64,000 nt of DNA from an uncultured cyanobacterium (GCA_963706595.1 OY970166.1:4384001-4448000), one strand, 5' to 3'; shown: positions 1 through 10,751, numbered from the stretch's first letter. The notes: generated by a model not told the origin, from the sequence alone. Program-made: numbers and translations.

Positions 1-1506
1 AAAATCACTGATGAATTTGCGTTTTACGCTAGCCGTGCTAATGCCCAGCAACTGGCTCAATTACGAGAACTACTTCAGCAGCAGTTTAATGTCACTCCTA
101 CCCTAGTTTCTCAGGTGACTTACTCACCTATTGGCGAAGACCTCATACAACGTTTAGGAAGCTTAATTCGCACTGAATCTAAACAAAATGGCTTTTTTGC
201 CCTCAGAGGTGCTTTGATATTAGCTGCGGCTGATTCAGAGGGTTTAACAGTGGTGAATTTTCTGCGTCAGTTTCCTTCCCGGACGATGCGGCTAAGTTTT
301 ACAGAAGGGCTAAAGTTGGTCGATGATTTATTGCAAGTATTACAGAAAAGGGATGAGGTTGTGGCTTGGATTCAACAAGAAGCGATCGCTAGCACCGCAA
401 AAGTTGCCAATCCTACCATTGACTGGTCTCAAATGCCAGATTTGCGATCGCCTGGTTCATTTACTTGGCAACGCCAGGAATTGATTCTCCGGGATAGGTC
501 GCGAAATCGCATTATCCCAACGCATATTTATATCCCAGCAGCCACACCATTAACTAGCCCTGAAGATCCCTCAGCGCCCTTTCCCCTGATTGTGATTTCT
601 CATGGTGTGGCTTCAGACCGTTCTTCTTTTGCTTATTTGGCGGAACATTTAGCATCCTACGGTTTTGCAGTGGCTGTATTAGAACATCCTGGGAGTAATG
701 CTGAACGGGTTGAGCGTTATTTGACAGGTTTAGCTGGACCACTGGAAGCAAAAGAATTTATCAACCGACCTTTGGATGTTAAATTTCTCCTTGATGAACT
801 TGAGTACAGGGCAAAATCAAATTCTGACCTTCAAGGAAAACTCAATCTTCAGCAAGTCGGGGCAATTGGCCATTCTTTTGGTGGTTACACTGTTTTAAGT
901 TTAGCAGGGGCAAAGATTAATTTTGAGCAACTACAAAAAGACTGTGGTGACAATATTTCCTCTTTTAATTTGTCGCTGTTTTTGCAGTGTCAAGTGACTG
1001 AGTTAGCAGCACAAGATTACCAACTCCAAGATGAACGCATTAAAGCCGTATTGGCGATTAATCCCTTATCTAGCTCAATTTTTGGTGAAAGTGAGGTTAG
1101 TCACATTCAAGTGCCTGTGATGCTAGTTGCCAGTACTCAGGATATAGCTACTCCAGTTGTATCTGAACAGGTTCGCCCTTTCACTTGGCTGGCTACTCCG
1201 GATAAGTATTTGGTATTAATTGAAAACGCGACTCATTTTAGTGCGATCGCAGAACCAACTCCAGGTAATAATGTGTTACCCATACCACCCACCTTACTCG
1301 GACCGAACCCTACGCCGGCTTATGGTTATCTGAAGGCTTTGAATGTGGCTTTCTGGCAAACATACCTGCTTAACCGACCTGAATACGCCTCTTACTTGCA
1401 ACCATCTTATGCCCAATATCTGAGTCAAGCTCCCTTAAATCTCAGTTTATTACAGTCGTTATCAACAGACCAATTAAATCAAGCTTTGAAAGAATTAAAT
1501 CCCTAA
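1..1506 (+). CDS. alpha/beta hydrolase (DUF1400 + predicted dienelactone hydrolase), 5'-truncated by window edge
   Basis: Frame is open from base 1; ISHG, GHSFGG nucleophile elbow and ATHFS motifs. Confidence 0.8.
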   Translation, partial: KITDEFAFYASRANAQQLAQLRELLQQQFNVTPTLVSQVTYSPIGEDLIQRLGSLIRTESKQNGFFALRGALILAAADSEGLTVVNFLRQFPSRTMRLSFTEGLKLVDDLLQVLQKRDEVVAWIQQEAIASTAKVANPTIDWSQMPDLRSPGSFTWQRQELILRDRSRNRIIPTHIYIPAATPLTSPEDPSAPFPLIVISHGVASDRSSFAYLAEHLASYGFAVAVLEHPGSNAERVERYLTGLAGPLEAKEFINRPLDVKFLLDELEYRAKSNSDLQGKLNLQQVGAIGHSFGGYTVLSLAGAKINFEQLQKDCGDNISSFNLSLFLQCQVTELAAQDYQLQDERIKAVLAINPLSSSIFGESEVSHIQVPVMLVASTQDIATPVVSEQVRPFTWLATPDKYLVLIENATHFSAIAEPTPGNNVLPIPPTLLGPNPTPAYGYLKALNVAFWQTYLLNRPEYASYLQPSYAQYLSQAPLNLSLLQSLSTDQLNQALKELNP

Positions 1507-1514
1507 TCTGTCTA

Positions 1515-1616
1515 TATAGCCATCCTATCTGATTTATGAATTTATCTAACCGCCAAGTCGCCAAGGTCGCCAAGTGAAGAAGTAAAGAGGTTCAGAAATG
1601 ATTTAGGACTGCTATA
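1515..1616. mobile_element. MITE-like element with imperfect terminal inverted repeats
   Basis: TATAGCCATCCTATCTGATTT...AAATGATTTAGGACTGCTATA, with internal CGCCAAG repeats. Confidence 0.55.
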
Positions 1617-1731
1617 GTTGCGTTTGAGCGCCGCTTGATTTCTGCTAGGCGTACCCCAGGCGATCGCACATTTTTTCATTCCTCACTGTTACAAATGCTA
1701 AAATCCTCTCGTAAATAGTGAGGACACCTCA

Positions 1732-3171
1732 ATGGCAGTTGCTGCTAACTCCATTAAATTTGGTACAGATGGCTGGCGGGGCGTTATTGGTGATGAGTTC
1801 ACCTTTGAACGCCTCGCCCTAGTCGCGCCAGTTGCTGCACAAGTATTATATAATACATATTTTTCTACAGTTGGCAGCAAAACAATTATTGTCGGTTACG
1901 ACCGCCGCTTTATGGCGGAAGACTTTGCTCGTGCTGTGGCTGATTCGGTCACTGGTATCGGGTTTGATGTCTTACTCAGTGAAAGCTTTGCCCCAACTCC
2001 GGCTTTTAGTTGGGCGGCTAAAGACCTGAATGCTTTGGGGGCGTTAGTCATTACAGCCAGTCATAATCCTGGTACATATTTAGGTCTAAAAGTCAAGGGT
2101 TTCTTTGGTGGTTCAGTACCGCCAGAAGTGACACAAGAAATAGAAGCTTTATTATCTGCGGGTGTACCTGAACAAGTGGCTAACCCTGGGAAACAAGAGC
2201 CGTTTAATCCTTGGCCGAGTTATATCACAGCATTAAAAGCTAAGGTGAATATTACCAAGATTCAAGCAGCGATCGCCTCTGGTAAACTAACATTATTTGC
2301 TGATGTTATGCACGGTGCGGCGGCTGGGGGGTTAGGGAGATTGCTAGGTGATGGTGTCCAAGAAATTAACAGCGATCGCGATCCTTTATTTGAAGGTGGT
2401 GCGCCAGAACCTTTACCAAAATACCTGAGTCGTTTATTTTCGGTGATCAAAACTTACCGACAAACAGATAAATCAGGTTTAGCAGTGGGGTTGGTATTCG
2501 ATGGTGACTGCGATCGCATTGCCGCAGTGGATGGCAACGCTAACTTTTTAAGTTCCCAAATCTTAATTCCCATTTTAATCGATCACTTAACCCAAAGGCG
2601 CAACTTTAGCGGTGAAATCGTCAAAACTGTGAGTGGTTCTGATTTAATTCCCCGTGTCGCAGGATTGCATAACTTGTCACTTTTTGAAACCGCCGTCGGA
2701 TATAAATACATCGCCGATAGAATGTTAGTTGCAGATGTATTGTTAGGTGGGGAAGAATCGGGAGGAATCGGTTATGGTAGCCATATTCCTGAAAGAGATG
2801 CACTGCTATCAGCGCTGTATGTTCTAGAGGCGATTGTGGAATCTGAGTTAGACTTAAGCGATTATTATCATTCTTTGCAAGAAAAAACAAATTTCACCTC
2901 AGCTTATGATCGCATTGATTTACCCTTAGCAAATATGGCAGTGCGATCGCGTCTTTTAGAACAACTGCAAAGCCAACCATTAACAGAAATTGCCGGTAAA
3001 GCAGTAATTGATTGTCAAACCATCGACGGCTATAAATACCGCCTAGCTGACAACAGCTGGTTAATGATTCGGTTTAGCGGTACAGAACCAGTATTACGCT
3101 TGTATTGCGAAGCCCCAACCATCGAACAAGTGCATCAAACCCTAGCTTGGGCGAAAAATTGGGCAGAATAA
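1732..3171 (+). CDS. phosphoglucomutase/phosphomannomutase family protein
   Basis: FGTDGWRG, TASHNP phosphoserine loop, DGDCDR metal loop, GEESGG. Confidence 0.93.
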   Translation: MAVAANSIKFGTDGWRGVIGDEFTFERLALVAPVAAQVLYNTYFSTVGSKTIIVGYDRRFMAEDFARAVADSVTGIGFDVLLSESFAPTPAFSWAAKDLNALGALVITASHNPGTYLGLKVKGFFGGSVPPEVTQEIEALLSAGVPEQVANPGKQEPFNPWPSYITALKAKVNITKIQAAIASGKLTLFADVMHGAAAGGLGRLLGDGVQEINSDRDPLFEGGAPEPLPKYLSRLFSVIKTYRQTDKSGLAVGLVFDGDCDRIAAVDGNANFLSSQILIPILIDHLTQRRNFSGEIVKTVSGSDLIPRVAGLHNLSLFETAVGYKYIADRMLVADVLLGGEESGGIGYGSHIPERDALLSALYVLEAIVESELDLSDYYHSLQEKTNFTSAYDRIDLPLANMAVRSRLLEQLQSQPLTEIAGKAVIDCQTIDGYKYRLADNSWLMIRFSGTEPVLRLYCEAPTIEQVHQTLAWAKNWAE

Positions 3172-3231
3172 GTTAAGAGTGCTGAGTGCTGAGTGGTAAG
3201 AAGAAATCTCACAGCCTTTTTAACTCAGCAC

Positions 3232-3280
3232 TACGAATTACGAATTACGAATTACGAATTACGAATTATGAATTATGAAT
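3232..3280. repeat. STRR heptamer tandem repeat (TTACGAA/TTATGAA)n overlapping the rdgB start codon
   Basis: Directly visible tandem heptamers. Confidence 0.85.
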
Positions 3281-3862
3281 AAAATACTCGTAGTAGCTAC
3301 CGGAAATCCCGGCAAATTACCGGAATTACAAGCTTATTTAGCTGATTGTGGTTGGGAATTAACTCTCAAACCAGCAGAATTAGATGTTGAAGAAACAGGC
3401 GCAACCTTTGCCGCGAATGCTTGTTTGAAAGCTTCCCAAGTGGCTCAAGCTACAGGACAATGGGCGATCGCCGATGATTCTGGTTTACAAGTAGATGCCC
3501 TGAATGGCGCACCAGGGATATATTCAGCACGTTACGGAAACAGCGACTCAGAACGGATTGCGAGGCTATTGCGGGAATTAGGTAACGCCGTCAATCGCCA
3601 AGCACAATTTGTCTGTGCCGTGGCGATCGCACGTCCTGATGGTACAATAGCTTTAGAATCAGAAGGCTTATGTCGCGGCGAAATTCTTCATGCACCCCGT
3701 GGCGAAGGTGGTTTCGGTTATGATCCTATATTTTACGTCCCAGAAAAACAATTGACTTTTGCCGAAATGTCACGGGAGTTGAAAAGGTCAATTAGCCATC
3801 GAGGTAAAGCTTTAGAGGCTTTAGTTCCTCAGTTAGCAACAGTCAATATTGATGTGAAGTGA
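3275..3862 (+). CDS. rdgB: non-canonical purine NTP pyrophosphatase, RdgB/HAM1 family
   Basis: ATGNPGK, ADDSGL, GFGYDPIF and SHRGKA motifs. Confidence 0.95.
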   Translation: MNKILVVATGNPGKLPELQAYLADCGWELTLKPAELDVEETGATFAANACLKASQVAQATGQWAIADDSGLQVDALNGAPGIYSARYGNSDSERIARLLRELGNAVNRQAQFVCAVAIARPDGTIALESEGLCRGEILHAPRGEGGFGYDPIFYVPEKQLTFAEMSRELKRSISHRGKALEALVPQLATVNIDVK

Positions 3863-3899
3863 TAAAATATTGTAGTCATTGCTCTAATCCCCGCTCTAG

Positions 3900-4391
3900 A
3901 TGAACAAAGCACTGAATGAAGCGCTTTCAATTGAAATTGCCCAAAGCATAAAAAGCAAAGCTAATCAGCCATTTAATAATGCTTATAAAGCAGTATTAGC
4001 AACAGAGAAAGCCAAGTATGTACAGGGATTTTTAGCTGCTGCCCAAATGCCATACGAACCAATTGAACATGGTTGGATAGAATTAAGCAATGCTGATGTC
4101 AATGAGTCTGTTATCAGTATTATTGATCCGACTTTACCACACTTGCACAAAAACCCCCAAGAACTTTGGTATTTCGCCGCCCAAAGCTTTAGTATCAAGC
4201 AACTGAAAGCGATTATGGAAGAATCAAAAGAAGATTATCCAGAAGACGATCCATTACCAATCTATGGTGATGCACCTTATGAATATTACGGTGATGTCAT
4301 GTTGGGTGGACAAGAATATTTAGCAGCTTATCAGGCGGCAGAGATTAAGTGCAAAGAACTCAAACAATTACACGCCATGAGCAAGGAATGA
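3900..4391 (+). CDS. conserved hypothetical protein
   Basis: 163-aa ORF in operon-like spacing with neighbours. Confidence 0.7.
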   Translation: MNKALNEALSIEIAQSIKSKANQPFNNAYKAVLATEKAKYVQGFLAAAQMPYEPIEHGWIELSNADVNESVISIIDPTLPHLHKNPQELWYFAAQSFSIKQLKAIMEESKEDYPEDDPLPIYGDAPYEYYGDVMLGGQEYLAAYQAAEIKCKELKQLHAMSKE

Positions 4392-4440
4392 GGATTAAGT
4401 GTCAAAATAAAGAAATATTAAACTGCATTAAAAAAACTGC

Positions 4441-5121
4441 ATGAGTCAAACTGCCTTAAATTTAGTGGCAATATCTATATTTCTGATGACCTTCTCAGTG
4501 CTGTTGGGGCCATTAATTCATTTGTCCCCAGCCGTACCAGCATTAGCTACCTTCGCTCTTTTGGGAATAGCCACTTTCGATAATTTCAGTTTGCAAGGTC
4601 AGGGAGGTACTATAATATTAGACTGGATTGCTGGTTTTTCTCCTAAACACCGCGATCGCATTATCCACCACGAAGCCGCTCATTTTCTCACCGCCCATCT
4701 GCTGGATATTCCTGTAACTGGCTATACACTCAGTGCTTGGTCAGCTTGGAAACAAGGGCAACCCGGACAAGGTGGTGTGAGTTTTGATGATGGTGAATTA
4801 GCCACTCAATTAGAACGGGGGACAATCAGCGCCCAAATCATCGACAGATATTGTACAGTTTGGATGGCGGGTATTGTGGCAGAAACTTTAGTGTTTAATC
4901 ATGCCCAAGGTGGGGCTGATGATCAAAGCAAACTAGCTGGAGTCTTAGCAGGTTTAGGTTTTTCCCCATCAGATTCCGAACAGAAACAACGGTTTCATAT
5001 TCTGCAAGCCAAAAATTTACTGCAAGAAAATTGGTCAAGTTACGAAGCTTTAGTCAAATCCATGCAACAACGCGCCTCTGTAATCGATTGTCAGCGTGTG
5101 ATTGATGATGCTGCTGCATGA
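4441..5121 (+). CDS. membrane Zn-protease-like protein (M41/FtsH protease-domain-like)
   Basis: Two N-terminal TM segments, HEAAH motif, MAGIVAE and GGADD. Confidence 0.75.
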   Translation: MSQTALNLVAISIFLMTFSVLLGPLIHLSPAVPALATFALLGIATFDNFSLQGQGGTIILDWIAGFSPKHRDRIIHHEAAHFLTAHLLDIPVTGYTLSAWSAWKQGQPGQGGVSFDDGELATQLERGTISAQIIDRYCTVWMAGIVAETLVFNHAQGGADDQSKLAGVLAGLGFSPSDSEQKQRFHILQAKNLLQENWSSYEALVKSMQQRASVIDCQRVIDDAAA

Positions 5122-5128
5122 ACCCCTT

Positions 5129-5362
5129 GTAGAGACGCGATTCATCGCGTCTGTCTGTCCTGTCCGATTGATTCATCGCATCTGTCTGTCCTGTCTGTCC
5201 GATTGATTCATCGCATCTGTCTGTCCTGTCTGTCCGATTGATTCATCGCGTCTGTCTGTCCTGTCCGATTGATTCATCGCATCTGTCTGTCCTGTCTGTC
5301 CGATTGATTCATCGCGTCTGTCTGTCCTGTCCGATTGATTCATCGCGTCTGTCGCGTCTCTA
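5129..5362. repeat. GTAG-REP palindrome expanded by a 31/35-bp tandem repeat (6 full units + 1 partial)
   Basis: GTAGAGACGCGA...TCGCGTCTCTA encloses GATTCATCGCRTCTGTCTGTCCTGT(CTGT)CCGATT units. Confidence 0.9.
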
Positions 5363-5372
5363 TTCAGTTTAT

Positions 5373-6398
5373 TCATGAAGAAACTGCTTTGAGATGGGAA
5401 ACAGAAGAAGAATAGTCACGCCCCACAGCTTGATTACGTCCAGTAGCTTTAGCTTGCAACAAATATTGATCCGCACGATACAGCAAGTTTAACCCATGAA
5501 CATCATCTTTTGTTTGCAGACTAGCAACACCTAAGCTAATGGTCATATTAATAACTATTTTTCTGTTGATTTTAAACGGTTCCTCGCCAATAATGCGGTT
5601 GAGACGCTTTGCTACCAGAATTGCTTCCTGGCCATTGGTGTTCGGTAAAACCACCACGAATTCCTCTCCACCATAACGGAAGGGAGTATCTTGAAACCGC
5701 AGATTATGCCGCAGACGTTCACATAGTAATTGTAAGAGGCGATCGCCAACTAAATGCCCATAGGTATCGTTAACTTTTTTAAAATAGTCAATATCTAAAA
5801 TAATTAAACTTAAGGGAGTTCCTTCAGTCCGCGCTTGGATGATTTTCCTCGGTAATTCCCATTCCAAAGCCCGTCGATTATTGATATCTGTCAACGCATC
5901 AGCTAAAGCGAACCCTGACAATAAATCATTTGTCCGCAGCAAATCACGGTATTTCTGCGCCTTCCGCACACCCACCATCACTTGAGCTAGCAATAAGCTA
6001 TGATGTGCGGTGATAGGCGTGATGGTTCTGTCTATTTTTGTCTCAGCAAATTGCCAAACATAAGCATCAGCCCCTTGTCTGAGTGCATTTGCCGTCATTT
6101 CTAGTTCCCATTCCCAGTCATGCTGATTTCTATCAACTAAATGTTGGGGACAATCTTCGACCAGGATACAGTATATCCATGATAACTCAGTCTGGATTTT
6201 CAACCAACGGCACAGTTCCATACTGTCAGGCATACTCGCTTGTGCAAGTATGACATCCGGCAGAGCAATTTGAATGTGCGATAGTGCCTGATTAATATCT
6301 GTGATAATTGTTACCTTAAAATCAGTGGCATCAAGGATATGATGGGGAAGTGTCGCGAGAAAGTTTTCACTTCCAAAGACCAAAATAGAAATTTTCAT
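5373..6398 (-). CDS. diguanylate cyclase with degenerate N-terminal receiver-like domain
   Basis: DIDYFKKVNDTYGHLVGD, RYGGEEF and AKATGRN motifs. Confidence 0.9.
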   Translation of the reverse strand: MKISILVFGSENFLATLPHHILDATDFKVTIITDINQALSHIQIALPDVILAQASMPDSMELCRWLKIQTELSWIYCILVEDCPQHLVDRNQHDWEWELEMTANALRQGADAYVWQFAETKIDRTITPITAHHSLLLAQVMVGVRKAQKYRDLLRTNDLLSGFALADALTDINNRRALEWELPRKIIQARTEGTPLSLIILDIDYFKKVNDTYGHLVGDRLLQLLCERLRHNLRFQDTPFRYGGEEFVVVLPNTNGQEAILVAKRLNRIIGEEPFKINRKIVINMTISLGVASLQTKDDVHGLNLLYRADQYLLQAKATGRNQAVGRDYSSSVSHLKAVSS

Positions 6399-6819
6399 TC
6401 CTGTGCTTTTAAAGGATTTAAAACTAAAGTTTACTGCTTTTTTGGTGAATAATAAATATCACCGGATTACGGCATATTTGGAAATTTCTTCCAAAGTATT
6501 AGTTTGATTTGCCAGAATGAGTGCTTTTAAAAAAGATATAGTCAAAAAATTGGTATTTAGCTGAATTTTAAAAGAAGCAATCTTTTTTATTAACAATATT
6601 AATAGAATACAAAGTTTCATCTTATTTCGTAAAAATCCAGTAACTTTTTGCATAAAAAATATATAAAACTTAGCATTTACAGTAATAAAGCAGCTCTAAA
6701 CCCCTAGATTTAGATGGGGGATCAATCCAAAATTCCAAATCTAAAATTCACATTTTTTTGACTTTTTCGTAGCAGTAATAGTTTCACCTGTGATTTTTGG
6801 AGAAAATTGCCGATGATCA

Positions 6820-7020
6820 TCAATAGCCTTCAATGTGAAAACCAGCAGCAACAATTACCTGTTTAATTGATTCCTCAGCCGCAGAAGATTCCACCGTGAC
6901 AGTTTTATCTTGCACATTTACATCTACTAAAGCATGAGGTTCCATCACATGAATAGATTCAATGATTTTTTCTGCACAATTATCACAAGCAATATCTGTA
7001 ACTTTTAGTTTTAGTGCCAT
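6820..7020 (-). CDS. heavy-metal-associated (HMA, CopZ/Atx1-like) chaperone
   Basis: 66 aa from ATG 7020 with IACDNC (CxxC); GAGG upstream. Confidence 0.85.
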   Translation of the reverse strand: MALKLKVTDIACDNCAEKIIESIHVMEPHALVDVNVQDKTVTVESSAAEESIKQVIVAAGFHIEGY

Positions 7021-7207
7021 GACTGACCTCGGTATATGAATTTTATTTTTGCTGATTGAACCAATAATATAGATGCAGATAGCGATGGGCAAAGCCCCAC
7101 CTCCGGCGATAGCGTTCGCGGAGCGTGTGCTTTACACTCAGCGCTGCTGCAAGCAGATCGCACATCTAACTAAAGTTAGGTAATGGGGGAATTTACAGAT
7201 AGATAAG

Positions 7208-7358
7208 TATAGGAATCCGATTTGATTATTGAAAAATCTAAGTATATGTAGGGTGTGTTATGGCTTTAGCCTAACGCATCCAGACCTGGAAGACGGTGCG
7301 TTACACTTCGTGATCACACACCCTACTGGTGTTTCATAAATCAAATATGAGTCCTATA
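7208..7358. mobile_element. MITE-like element enclosing a GTAG-REP doublet
   Basis: TATAGGAATCCGATTTGATT...AATCAAATATGAGTCCTATA ends; internal GTAGGGTGTGTTA...CACACCCTAC. Confidence 0.6.
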
Positions 7359-7593
7359 TACAATGGCTGCAATAACCCCCCACGGGCAAAAAGGGCTGGC
7401 AGGAAACTCAAACAAAATGCCAAAATATAAATACAGCAGCTTTCATTGAGATAAATTAAAGAGTTATCTGTGTTTATCTGTGTCCATCTGTGGTTGATTC
7501 TTCATTGATATCCCAACTTATGGCATAGAGTCCCTATCCTGGGGCATACTTTTTCTGTAAAAACGACTATTATTGAAACTAATTTTGCAACTC

Positions 7594-10235
7594 ATGCCTA
7601 AAAATCCCCAAAAACTGAGCGGTAATGCAATTCGCGACATATTTCTGAACTTCTTCGCCGAAAGAGGACACCAAATACTCCCCAGCGCTTCCCTCGTCCC
7701 GGAAGATCCCACCGTGCTGCTGACAATTGCGGGGATGCTACCATTTAAACCGATATTCCTGGGACAACGCACAGCAGAATTTAATCGCGCTACCACATCG
7801 CAAAAGTGCATCCGTACCAATGACATCGAAAACGTGGGACGCACCAAACGCCATCATACATTTTTTGAGATGTTGGGTAACTTCAGCTTTGGGGATTATT
7901 TTAAACCACAAGCGATCGCCTGGGGCTGGGAATTATCAACTCAAGTTTTCGGCTTACCACCAGAAAAGCTAGTTGTCAGCGTCTTTGAAGATGATGATGA
8001 AGCTTATAATATTTGGCGCGATGACATCGGCGTACCCGAAGCTAGAATTAAGCGCATGGGCGAAGACGATAACTTTTGGGTATCTGGACACACAGGCCCT
8101 TGTGGTCCTGTTCCGAAATTTATTATGATTTTCACCCAGAATTGGGAGATGAAAACATTGATTTAGAAGACGATACCCGGTTTATCGAGTTTTATAACCT
8201 GGTATTCATGCAATATAACCGGGATGCTGAAGGTAATTTAACACCTCTGCAAAACAAAAACATCGACACCGGCATGGGTTTGGAAAGGATGGCGCAAATC
8301 CTCCAACAAGTCCCGAATAACTACGAAACTGACTTAATTTTCCCGATTATCGAGACAGCAGCCGAAATTGCCGGCATTGATTACCACAAAAGCGACGAAA
8401 CCACCAAAGTTTCCTTAAAAGTTATTGGTGATCATGTCCGTTCTGTGGTACAAATGATCGCCGATGAAATTCGCGCCTCCAATGTGGGACGGGGTTATGT
8501 GCTGCGGCGCTTAATTCGGCGGGTGGTTCGTCATGGGCGATTATTGGGAATTAACAGTGAATTTATTACCCAAGTTGCGGAAACTGCAATTTCCCTCTCA
8601 GAATCAGCTTACCCCAATGTCCGGCAACGGGAAGCAGCAATTAAAGCTGAGTTGCAACGGGAAGAAGCCAATTTCCTCAGAACTTTGGATAGAGGCGAGA
8701 AACTTTTAGAGGAAATCATCCAAGAGGTGAAACAGGAAGGCCAAACCTCTATTAGCGGTGAAAGTGCCTTTACTTTATACGATACCTTTGGTTTCCCCCT
8801 GGAACTGACTCAAGAAATCGCCGAGGAAAATCAGTTAACTGTGGATGAAGCGGGATTTAACGCCGAAATGCAAAAGCAGGTAGAACGTGCCAAAGCTGCC
8901 CACGAAACCATTGATTTAACTGTGCAAGGTTCTCTGGATAAGTTAGCCGAACACATCCAGGCGACGGAATTTATCGGTTATACTCAACCTGCGGGGACTG
9001 CAAATGTTGAAGCCATATTAATAGATGGCATTGCCCAAGAGGAAGCAGAAGCCGGGACAGAAATTCAAATTGTGATCAATCAAACCCCATTTTATGCCGA
9101 GTCTGGGGGACAAATTGGGGATAAAGGTTATATCTCCGGTGATGGTGTGGTGGTGCGTGTGGAAGATGTGAAAAGAGAATCTGACTTTTTTATCCACTTT
9201 GGACGCATCGAACGCGGTACAATCCGAGTAGGAGATTCTGTGACTGCTCAAATTGATCGGGCTTGTCGTCGTCGCGCTGAAGCTAATCATACTGCAACGC
9301 ACCTATTGCAAGCGGCGTTAAAGAAACTTGTGGATGATAGTATATCTCAAGCCGGTTCCCTGGTTTCCTTTGATAGATTGCGGTTTGACTTTAACTGTCC
9401 CCGTGGTTTGACAGCAGCAGAAGTGGAACAAGTGGAAGCCCAGGTAAATACTTGGATTGCGGAAGCACATACTGCAAACATAGAAGTATTACCTATAGCC
9501 GAGGCTAAGGCTAGGGGTGCTGTGGCGATGTTTGGGGAAAAATACGGTGAAGAAGTGCGGGTGATTGATTTTCCTAGCGTGTCAATGGAACTCTGCGGTG
9601 GAACTCACGTAAGTAATACTGCGGAAATTGGCATCTTTAAGATTATCTCTGAGGCGGGTGTGGCTTCTGGGGTGCGACGCATTGAGGCTGTATCTGGCCC
9701 GGCAATCTTGGATTATCTCAATGTTCGCGATAAAGTAGTTAAGGATTTAAGCGATCGCTTTAAAGTTAAACCCGAAGAATTACCAGAGAGAATCACCACT
9801 CTGCAAACTGAACTGAGAAATAGTGAGAAACAATTAGCCACACTGAAATCACAATTGGCGATCGCAAAATCAGACAGTTTGCTGCAAACAGTGGAATCTG
9901 TAGGCGAGTATCAAATTTTGGTGGCGCAAATGGAAGACGTTGACCCGGAATCATTGAAAACTGCGGCGGAAAGGTTACTGCAAAAAATCGGTAACGGTGC
10001 AGTGGTGCTGGGTTCGGTTCCGGAAGCTGGGAAGGTGAGTATAGTTGCAGCCTTCAGTGCAGAGGTGAATAAAAAGGGACTACAAGCGGGTAAATTTGTC
10101 GGTGCTGTAGCGAAGATTTGCGGCGGTGGCGGTGGTGGGAGACCGAATTTAGCCCAAGCCGGCGGACGTGATGCGAGTAAGTTACCAGAAGCGTTAGCAA
10201 AGGCGCAGAGTGATTTGCAGTCAGCACTGAGTTAA
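7594..10235 (+). CDS. alaS: alanine--tRNA ligase with an apparent 1-nt deletion at ~8110 (probably a sequence error)
   Basis: [51 protein letters not shown] and GGGGRP. Adding one T in CCTGTTCC restores GPCSEIYYD and an 880-aa protein. Confidence 0.95.
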
Positions 10236-10281
10236 TTATCTTCTCTTGTGGGGCAGGCATCTTGCCTGCCATAATTTTTTA

Positions 10282-10431
10282 CGAATTTAGCCCAAGCCGG
10301 CGGACGCGATGCGAGTAAGTTACCAGAGGCATTAGCTAAGGCGCACAGTGATTTACAGTCAGCACTGAGTTAATTACCTTCTCTTGTGGGGCAGGCATAC
10401 TTCGACAAGCTCAGTACAAGTCTTGCCTGCC
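10282..10431 (+). repeat. diverged direct duplicate of the alaS 3' end and downstream hairpin (copy of 10144-10270)
   Basis: CGAATTTAGCCCAAGCCGGCGGACG...TCTTGCCTGCC is repeated, with mostly third-position differences and an insertion in the hairpin loop. Confidence 0.92.
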
Positions 10432-10511
10432 TTTGATATTTTTAAGTTGATTACTCATCAGGAAAAAATATTCCCTCACCTTGACATCGCACTACAATTT
10501 AAGAAACGATC

Positions 10512-10751
10512 ATGATAGCTACCGACATGGTATCAATTCCAATCACCTTGGAACAACTCATTACGGCGGTACAACAGTTGCAGCCAGATGAACGGGCAAA
10601 AGTCGCCAAAGCCTTGATTCAACTAGATTTACGTTCAGATTTGACGGCTTTAATTCAAGAACTTTATGCTGAACCCCCAGTTGATGATATTACAGACGAT
10701 GACATCATGGCTGAAATTAAAGCTGTGCGTCAGGAATCCCAGCCGATATGA
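10512..10751 (+). CDS. putative antitoxin
   Basis: 79-aa acidic protein overlapping the downstream PIN gene (ATGA). Confidence 0.65.
   Translation: MIATDMVSIPITLEQLITAVQQLQPDERAKVAKALIQLDLRSDLTALIQELYAEPPVDDITDDDIMAEIKAVRQESQPI

Noticed and set aside
5173..5376. 67-aa repetitive ORF, or a CRISPR-like array
   Set aside because: The ORF is just a translation of the tandem repeat, and there are no unique spacers.
6459..6653. 64-aa ORF upstream of the diguanylate cyclase
   Set aside because: AT-rich promoter-like DNA with no protein-like features.
7573..10235. alaS as two genuine genes (197 aa and 719 aa)
   Set aside because: The break falls inside the conserved GPCSE motif, and one added base restores a normal-length protein.
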